Below are positions 54,107 through 64,000 of a DNA stretch of 64,000 bases, in pieces (position 1 is the stretch's first letter; every line of letters begins with the position of its first letter). The position numbers were made by a program, and so were the translations under genes. Source of the stretch: Eledone cirrhosa. Lineage: Eukaryota. The stretch spans positions 201,004,001-201,068,000 of the forward strand of contig OZ024742.1 in NCBI GenBank assembly GCA_964016885.1, read 5' to 3'. A model generated the notes under the pieces. It was not told the DNA's origin. It ran no database searches and was given only the letters and a program-made list of their open reading frames with translations.

Positions 54107-55816
54107 TTCCCTTGCTTTTATCGAGAATCTAATTGTAATACGTGACGTATTCTATTCTATAGCGATTAGGTCTTCAAAATGTTTATTATAAACATACAGA
54201 ATATTTTCGAATATTCTATGTCTATATTCACATATATATCGCTATTTCAGAGCATTTATTCCAATTTCTAATTTCTGCCGGACCGGCAACCGCTCTTTCA
54301 AACCAGTTCCTGTACACAGCTAAGTATTCTATAAGTCTCTAGCTGTGTCATTCTCGATAAAAGCACTGGATATGTAGTCCTGATGAATTCTAACAAGAAT
54401 GAAACGCGTAGATTACTTCCCTTGCTTTTATCGAGAATCTAATTGTAATACGTGACGTATTCTATTCTATAGCGATTAGGTCTTCAAAATGTTTATTATA
54501 AACATACAGAATATTTTCGAATATTCTATGTCTATATTCACATATATATCGCTATTTCAGAGCATTTATTCCAATTTCTAATTTCTGCCGGACCGGCAAC
54601 CGCTCTTTCAAACCAGTTCCTGTACACAGCTAAGTATTCTATAAGTCTCTAGCTGTGTCATTCTCGATAAAAGCACTGGATATGTAGTCCTGATGAATTC
54701 TAACAAGAATGAAACGCGTAGATTACTTCCCTTGCTTTTATCGAGAATCTAATTGTAATACGTGACGTATTCTATTCTATAGCGATTAGGTCTTCAAAAT
54801 GTTTATTATAAACATACAGAATATTTTCGAATATTCTATGTCTATATTCACATATATATCGCTATTTCAGAGCATTTATTCCAATTTCTAATTTCTGCCG
54901 GACCGGCAACCGCTCTTTCAAACCAGTTCCTGTACACAGCTAAGTATTCTATAAGTCTCTAGCTGTGTCATTCTCGATAAAAGCACTGGATATGTAGTCC
55001 TGATGAATTCTAACAAGAATGAAACGCGTAGATTACTTCCCTTGCTTTTATCGAGAATCTAATTGTAATACGTGACGTATTCTATTCTATAGCGATTAGG
55101 TCTTCAAAATGTTTATTATAAACATACAGAATATTTTCGAATATTCTATGTCTATATTCACATATATATCGCTATTTCAGAGCATTTATTCCAATTTCTA
55201 ATTTCTGCCGGACCGGCAACCGCTCTTTCAAACCAGTTCCTGTACACAGCTAAGTATTCTATAAGTCTCTAGCTGTGTCATTCTCGATAAAAGCACTGGA
55301 TATGTAGTCCTGATGAATTCTAACAAGAATGAAACGCGTAGATTACTTCCCTTGCTTTTATCGAGAATCTAATTGTAATACGTGACGTATTCTATTCTAT
55401 AGCGATTAGGTCTTCAAAATGTTTATTATAAACATACAGAATATTTTCGAATATTCTATGTCTATATTCACATATATATCGCTATTTCAGAGCATTTATT
55501 CCAATTTCTAATTTCTGCCGGACCGGCAACCGCTCTTTCAAACCAGTTCCTGTACACAGCTAAGTATTCTATAAGTCTCTAGCTGTGTCATTCTCGATAA
55601 AAGCACTGGATATGTAGTCCTGATGAATTCTAACAAGAATGAAACGCGTAGATTACTTCCCTTGCTTTTATCGAGAATCTAATTGTAATACGTGACGTAT
55701 TCTATTCTATAGCGATTAGGTCTTCAAAATGTTTATTATAAACATACAGAATATTTTCGAATATTCTATGTCTATATTCACATATATATCGCTATTTCAG
55801 AGCATTTATTCCAATA

Positions 55817-56054
<238 letters not shown>

Positions 56055-56540
56055 CATAATATATAATATATTCGGATACATATATATATATTCATACATA
56101 TATTTAGAAATATATACACACATGTTCATACACACACACAAACACAAACCCACACACACACAAACACATATAAAGAAGATATATATATTATATAATAGTG
56201 GACACAGCAAGGCCGAATGGTGAAGTAATACGCCTCGCAAACATTAGGTCCCGGTTTCGATCTCATTGCTTGGCATCTTGAGTAACTCTCATTTACTAGA
56301 AAGAAAACTGATTAGAAAACCCTGGAATGGAATGTGCATGTATTCAATTGGTCAGCCTTTTTCATACTGATTCGTCCTGAGATTTCCTTTTAAGGTTCCT
56401 GTGTCTGTGAAATGCTCGGCCACATATAAGGTAATTTCACAGGCAGGCTCTTTCGTTGAGCGAAAAATGAGATTCATTATGTATAGGAATATATGTGCGT
56501 GTCATATTATTAAGGGTGTATTATTATGTATGTATATCGA

Positions 56541-57205
56541 GGGCGGTGGGTTGGCAGTATCGGTAGAGGGTCGGATGCCATGCTTTCCAGCATAGTTACG
56601 TCCCTTTCCGATCTGAGTTCAAATCCCGCCGAGGTTGACTTTGCCTTTCATCCTTACGGGGTCGATAAAATAAAGTACCAGTAATGCACTGGGTAATTGC
56701 TGGTCTTGTGCCAAAAGTAGAAACAATTATGTATGTATATCGAGGGCGGTGGGTTGGCAGTATCGGTAGAGGGTCGGATGCCATTCTTTGACGCATAGAG
56801 TTACGGCCCTTTCCACTCTGAGTTCAAATCCCGCCGAGGTTAACTTTGCCTTTCATCCTTACGGGGTCTATAAAATAAAGTAAAATAAAGTACCAGTAAT
56901 GCACTGGGTAATTGCTGGCCTTCAGCCAAAAATAGAAACAATTATTATGTATGTATATATTGGCCTAAATCACAAACCATTATCATGTATATCAGGGCAA
57001 TGGATTGGTAATATCGGTAGAACGACGCACAACACGCTTTGCGGCATAGTTACGCAGCTTTTTGCTCTGAGTTCAAATCCCACCGAAGTTTGCATTGCCT
57101 TTCATCATTACGGGATTGATAAAGTGCCAGTAATACACTGAGGTCGATTTAATTAGCTATCCCCTTTCCTTCAAATTGCTGGCCCTGTGTCAAAACTAGA
57201 AACAA
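56541..57205 (+). mobile_element. Three tandem tRNA-type SINE copies
   Basis: Heads at ~56541, ~56744 and ~56995, with the repeated spacer attatgtatgtatat. Confidence 0.85.
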
Positions 57206-58334
57206 TTATTATGCATGTATATACAGCCGGATCAATTGGAGGGGGTTGCACCTGACAGAACCCGCTGGAATGAATTTTTAAGGGCTTTGTCTCCACGACT
57301 CTCTCAGGAAGAAGAAGAAGAAGAAGAAGACGAAGATGGTTCATAATAATAGTTTCTTATATAGGCACAATGCCATCAATTTTGGGGGAGGGGAAAGTCG
57401 ATTAAATCGACCTCAGTGCGTGACTGGTACTTTATTTGAACGGCCCTGTAAGGATGAAAGACAAAGTTAACCTCGACGGGATTTGAACTCAGACTGGAAA
57501 GGGCTGTAACTCTATGCCACAAAGCATGGTGTCCGACGTTCTACCGATACTGCCAATCCACCGCCCTGGCGGGACTAATAATAATAACAGCAATATATAT
57601 CACATTCACCATTCCTCACCTGGAACCACACAATTCTCGTGAGCATAGAGAAACAAGCTAACCTACATGATTTTTATCGATTGGAGATTGAATTTAATCT
57701 AGAAACACCAGAAAATAGCAGCACCAAATTCTTCCGAATCAATGAAACATGGTCAGTGTATTAGTGTACAGGAAATTGATATGGAAGTAAATCTTTGAGG
57801 TTGTAAATTACAATATTAAACGAAATTAAGCAGAGACGGTAATAATTAGTCTCAAGTCTGAATAATTGGAGGAAAGACAGTTTTCAGAGTAATATATGTG
57901 TTAGTAGCTTTGGTAAAACTGGAATAATCTATAATAGTTTCTACTATTATTGATAATGTTCATGTTGCTGTTGTTAGTGTTTGGTTGTCATTATTGTTGT
58001 TGGAGTTTATGATTTAGTTTTTGATTTATTTGTTGTTGTTGTTGGAGTTTATGAATTAGTTATTAATTTATTTGTAGTTGTTGTTGCTGCTGTTTTTGTT
58101 GTTTATGCTGCTACTACTGTTGTTGTTGTTATTTAGACTCATATCAGCCTTCATTAAGCGAACTTTATCAAAATATGGCAGTTGTGATCGTTACTTTACG
58201 GACCGCACACCAATGTGTATAAAAATACGTTATCCCATATTTATTGTATTTTTAAAGATAATAATGTGAGTGGTTTGAGGAATTTGGCGGCTATTTCGAG
58301 AAGCGTCTTTCTATCGATCCACTTAGACAAGGAA

Positions 58335-58500
58335 ATAAATATAATTTACCGGATATTGTTGTTAAAGACGATACAAAAGCGGTGCCTCCTAATTGAAAAA
58401 TTAGTCCCAACAAACGACAACATATCTCTCATGTGAAAGGATACATTATCAAAATATAAAGATCTAGAAATAGAAATAACCAGTATATAATAAGTGTCAT
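58335..58500 (+). mobile_element. RLE-domain fragment of an R4-type LINE
   Basis: NLPDIVVKD / KRCLLIEKLVPTNDNISLM*KDTLSKYKDLEIEI across a frameshift. Confidence 0.65.
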
Positions 58501-58560
58501 AAAAATGATAAATGCACACACACACACTCATTCACACATACACACATACACACAGTGAGA

Positions 58561-58610
<50 letters not shown>

Positions 58611-59955
58611 GAGAGAGAGGGGGTCAGAGAGGAAGAGGAGAAAGAAAAGGGTAAGAGTGAGAGAGAGAGAGAGAGAGGAAGAAATAGAGGAAGAGAGTGG
58701 GGGATGAGAGAGAGAGAGAAATACATAACTAACATCACAGTTGTTACAGTAGCAGTAGTAGTAGTAGTAGTAGTTAAAGTCATTGTTAATAATAATTGTT
58801 TCTACTTTTGGCACAAGGCCAGCAATCACCCAGTACATTATGGTACTTCATTTCAAAGACCCCGTATGGATGAAAGGCAAAGTTAACCTCGGCAGGATTT
58901 GAACTCAATATATAAAGGGCCGTAACTATATGATGCAAGGCATGGTGTCCGACGTTCTACTGATACTGCCAATCCACCGTCCTGACAGGATTAATAATAA
59001 TAACAGAAATACAAATCACATTCACCCTCGGCGGGATTTGAACTCAGATCGTAAAGGGACGTAACTATGCTGGAAAGCATGACCGATCCTCTACCGATAC
59101 TGCAACAATAATAGTAATGCCGTTGTTATTTTTTATGGAGACATAAGAGTTATGTTTTATGGATTCTAGTAGAAACAACAACACTCACTCAACACAAGAA
59201 CAAACAAATTCACAACAAACCCAACAACATTCACAACAAAACCAACAAGATTCACAACAAACGCAACAAGATTTACAACAAACACATTTACAACACACAC
59301 ACAATATTCACAACAAACACAACATTCACAACACAGACAACAACATTTACAATAAACATAACGTTAACAACAACACAACAACATTCACAACACACACAAC
59401 AACACTCACAACAAACACAACAGCATTCACAACACACACAACAATATTCAGAACACAAACACAACAACAATCACAACAAACACAATGTCATTCAGAACAC
59501 ACAACCCCATACAAAGCAAAATCCAAGGAAAATGGCGGAAACGTTTCTTAAAGACGATTTTTTTACCTCATTTTCAAGTGAATAGAGAAGATTTTTTTCT
59601 TTGAAGCCATCGTAAGAATTTGATAGCAGAAGATAGCTGCGGGGGATCATAAAATAATAGTTCCCTGCTTATTATCTCACATCTGATCAATCCCTTTGAT
59701 CTATATCGCAACATTTTCTGTTTCCTTTATTTTTGTACTCTTTCATTATTTTATTAGTTTCACTCATTTGTTCGTGGCGGCCATGCAGAGCTTTGAAGGG
59801 AATTTAATCGATCATATTGACTGTAGTACTTTTTTTTTTAATATCTTGCTAGTCTGGTACATATTTTATCGATGGTCTTTTTCGTTATCGAACTGCTAAG
59901 TTATGGGTCATAAACACTCATACAGATGTATATATATATACATATATATGTATAA

Positions 59956-60060
<105 letters not shown>

Positions 60061-60673
60061 CGGAAAAAATGAAACGAAATTTCATTTCCCACTCTTAGTA
60101 CGGCTGTTACTTAAATATAAGTATGTACACGTACATACATATATGTATACAGACGTACAGTAGTATGTATATATATATGTGTGTGCATGTATGTATATAT
60201 ATATACATACTACTGTACGTCTGTATACATATATGTATGTACGTGTACATACTTATATTTAAGTAACAGCCGTACTAAGAGTGGGAAATGAAATTTCGTT
60301 TCATTTTTCCGTTTATCGTTTTCGGTGCACCCGGTCGATTAACCCACTCGATATGCAAATTGGGCTACTCAGCCGTTAAAATGCATAAGGTAAGTATATA
60401 CGTTCAACAATCTGGCAGGAAGGTATACGTTGCTGATGATAGCTAATAAGCTTGAAACTAGTACAGCGTTCCTTTGTCAGTGTTGAACAAACGAGCAACG
60501 ATGGTTGCTGGACACTACGGCTTAATACGGGATGTTTGTTTACAAACACACCGAGCATTATAATAAATGTTCGGTGAATCCATACGTACATATATATATA
60601 TGTGTGCATGTATGTATATAAATATACATACTACAGTACGTCTGTATACATATATGTATGTACGTGTACATAC

Positions 60674-60675
<2 letters not shown>
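60061..60675. mobile_element. ~420-bp HHR family insert: >1 unit plus inverted segment
   Basis: ~60061-60172 is the reverse complement of ~60201-60311; ~60205-60252 is repeated at ~60626-60673. Confidence 0.85.
60427..60469 (+). ncRNA. Minimal type I HHR
   Basis: acgttg CTGATGA t-agct-aata-agct-t GAAA ctag TA cagcgt; palindrome ACTAGT; GUA triplet. Confidence 0.88.
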
Positions 60676-60707
<32 letters not shown>

Positions 60708-61007
60708 GTTTCTACTTTAGGCACAAGGCCAGCAATTACCCAGTGCATTACTGGTACTTTATTTTATCGACCCCGTAAGGATGAAAGGCAAAGTCAACCT
60801 TGGCGGGATTTGAACTCAGATCATAAAGGGACGTAACTATGCTGGAAAGCATGGCGTCCGATCCTCTACCGATACTGCCAATCCACCGCCCTTATATATA
60901 TATATATAATGGATATAGAACGGAGTTTCTGCAATTTTCGTCTACCAAATTCTACTCATTAGGCATTAGTAATCAAGAGGCTATAGTAGAAGACACTTGT
61001 TCACGCA

Positions 61008-61115
<108 letters not shown>

Positions 61116-61402
61116 GAACTCATTGAATCCATTTTACGAATATATTTTTATGTTGTTTCGTATTTTCTTCTTCGTTAGATCTACATAAAACAGGCTATAT
61201 TTATGTCACCGAATCAAGATATAAAATGTAACATTCTGTTTTAGCTTTGGTGTTTTATTTTTTAATTAGCTTGGTGTGATTTTGTAAGAGAGCCAATTGC
61301 TAGAAGCTTTACAATATTGGATAGAATGCATCCTGGTATGCGTTCCAATCCTCCGCGTTCTGAATTCAAATCCGACCGAGGTCAACTTTCGCTCTCTCTC
61401 TC

Positions 61403-61460
<58 letters not shown>

Positions 61461-62060
61461 TCCATATATATATATATATATTACGTTGCGCACCCTTCGT
61501 TTCTGTTTACATATCTTTCTCTTTGTCCACCCACTTCTTTTTATCCCAATAAACTATTTTAGCTATTGAATCGCCCTAGGCTGAAGTATATTGTCTCTAA
61601 CGCGAAGAAATACCTATGATGCCTAATAGACAACTGATGACTGATAATCCTAACTACTAATTTCTAATTTGTCATTATACTTAATTGCAACAACACAGCT
61701 CACCAATTTGATTTATATATATATATATATATATTATTATATTTCATCTATCTATCTCTATCTCTTTCCCTGGACTAAATTGGTTCTATTCAGACCTGGC
61801 GGGGGATGGGCTCCGCCAGGTTTAAATTCCCAAGTTTAAATTCCCAAACACATATAAGACTCCACATCTCCGTTACGATTCCAAAGAATGATAATGAAAA
61901 TATTTCTATTAGGTCTATCATCCATGTAGAAGCTACGCCGTTAGCTCTGTATAAATTTGGTTGTGGCTGGATACGAAAGAACTCCTGACGACCCAGCTGA
62001 ACATTTCAATATTTATTCACACAAATAATTGACATAACACTGACAAGAATAGATCTGTTT

Positions 62061-62111
<51 letters not shown>

Positions 62112-62640
62112 CAAACACGCAAATGTATACTCATCCACACTAACACACATACACCCGCGTGCACATATATTTACACATACATCCATATAAAAGAAAAATC
62201 CTAACATAAATGTTAGTAATACTAATTGTTTCTACTTTTGGCACAAGGCCAGCAATTATCAAGTGTATTACTGGTACTTTATTTTATCGACCCCGTAAGG
62301 ATGAAAGGCAAAGTCAACCTCGGCGGGATTTGAACTAAGAATGGCAAGGGCCGTAACTCTATGCGTCAAAGCATAGCGTCCGACCCTCTACCGATATAAT
62401 GGTTTCTGAATTACGCACAAGGCCAGCAATTTTGGGGGAAAGGAAAGTCTATTAAATCGACTCCAGTGCATTGCTGGTGCTTTATTTTCTCGACCCCGTA
62501 AGGATGAAAGGCAAAGATAACCTCACCGGGATTTGAAATCAGAACGTACAGAACCATAACTCTAAGCTGTAAAGCATGGTATCAGACGCTCTACTGATAC
62601 TGCCAATCCTCCATCCTAATAATAATAATAGTATTAATAA

Positions 62641-62696
<56 letters not shown>

Positions 62697-62984
62697 TTAC
62701 TACTACTACTACTGCTGCTACTACTACTACTACTGATTTCGTTATTAGCCACAAGAGCTTGCACATATAATACAGTAAACATATTGTGGTTACATTTCAT
62801 GTGAGGCTAAATAAATTATATCAAATGAAAGTTACGAGTAAGGACGTTATACAATAGAGAGATAGGTTTAATAAAACACGAATTAAATATACACTTATCA
62901 TAAATAACGTGATAATTTACACGAATTACGATATAAATACATAAAAAATATTCCCCTGAAGAAGTGTTTCAAAAATATGCTTAC

Positions 62985-63105
62985 CCGTATTTCCCGGCGC
63001 CGAAGAAGCTTCGTCCTCGAGGACGCACCCTAATTTTGACACCATGGTAGATTTTTTAGACTTATTTTAGGAAATAAGTAGCGTCTCCGACGCCGGGAAA
63101 CACGG
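62985..63105. mobile_element. MITE with Tc1/mariner-pogo-like TIRs
   Basis: ccgtatttcccggcg...cgccgggaaacacgg imperfect TIRs; TA at the right flank and 1 nt from the left end. Confidence 0.65.
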
Positions 63106-64000
63106 TACTTGAAATTTGCTTGGAGGTGGTTGAGCCTTCCATAGGCTCGTGGACACAACATAGTTCACAGGAATATTCTGTGTGATATGGTGTGGGACAA
63201 GGCTGGACTTTTGAATTACAGATATAATTCATTATTTTCTGAGTTCAAATCCCGCCGAAGTTAGCTTTAGCTTTCATCATTATGGGGTCGATGATATAAA
63301 ATACCAGCAACTAGCTGGGATAGGGGTGGGGTCGATTTAATCGACTTCCCCTCCCCCATCATTATTGGCCTTGTGCCTAAATCAGAAACCATTATTTTGT
63401 CAGATAAATAGACTGAAGCTACCTGATAGAAAGTGTGTTGCTCTAGCACATAGTGCTCAGCCAAGAATCGAACCAATGAACTTACAATCGGGATTTCAAC
63501 ACTTTAATAACTAAGCCACGTACCTTTACAACTAAACCAAGTGCCTTAAATAAGTACACAAGTCCCTGGATTAATTACAAAATCTCTTGGAACAATGAAA
63601 TGTGTAGAAACATCAAATAAAGGCAACAGCTTTTTTGTGTGAAACTGAAGTCTGTATTTGCTAAAGTATCAGCTAATGTATTTACTAAGGTATTTACTAA
63701 TGTATTTGTGAAGGAGGACAGCGGTTTGGCAGAGTTAGAACGTCGTAAGAATACTTTGTGTTATTTGTTCCGCTTCTCTACGACATGAGTTCGAATACAA
63801 CCGAGGTCAACTATGCCTTTCCTTCTTTTGAAATCGATTAATTAAGTAGTGGTTCAGTACAGGGGTTGATGGTTTATCTATATCTACTTCTCCCTATCTC
63901 TTTCTTTGTCTACCTCATAAGAAGAACATTTTCAGAACTGAAGTATGGGCTTTGCCAGGATTAAATGTCCAGGACACACTGTTTGTCATTATGGCACTCC

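Larger units (their letters stand above)
51091..55815. mobile_element. 310-bp tandem array with one hammerhead per unit (non-LTR retrozyme-like), head-to-head inverted
   Basis: Left units start at 51091, 51401 ... 53571, with a partial at 53881-53929; inverted units start at 53931, 54241 ... 55481, with a partial at 55791-55815; only one substitution seen (52068); (TA)n on both sides. Confidence 0.93.

Noticed and set aside
51091-55815. CRISPR array or ordinary centromeric satellite
   Set aside because: No unique spacers or cas genes; units are identical. The short array, HHR per unit and inversion fit a retro-insertion better than a classical satellite.
59159-59551. 130-aa Gln/His/Thr-rich ORF
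   Set aside because: Degenerate CAA/CA simple repeat.

Overview
Repeat-saturated eukaryotic (animal) DNA with no recognisable host exon. The very dense (TA)n/(CA)n/(GA)n microsatellites and the SINE types suggest a cephalopod such as Octopus (inference only). Almost all ORFs in the supplied track are translated microsatellites. The real coding remnants are transposon-derived: four Penelope-like element (PLE) fragments (RT and/or GIY-YIG; one Naiad-type endonuclease is missed by the ORF track), R4/Dong-type RLE LINEs, RTE LINEs and an L1/Tx1-like fragment. Non-coding elements include non-autonomous Helitrons, a MITE and many tRNA-type SINEs. The standout is 51091-55815: a near-perfect 310-bp tandem array (9 units in one orientation, 6 inverted) in a (TA)n tract. 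Every unit carries an intact minimal type I hammerhead ribozyme (HHR) with a palindromic stem III, the signature of a non-LTR retrozyme / circular-RNA retroelement. It belongs to a wider system: about a dozen distinct HHR-bearing families sit in (TA)n tracts. Most are head-to-head inverted inserts, several are circularly permuted, and some have non-canonical cores (U3-A8, U4A, U4C). All HHR folds were assigned by eye; none was computed or tested.
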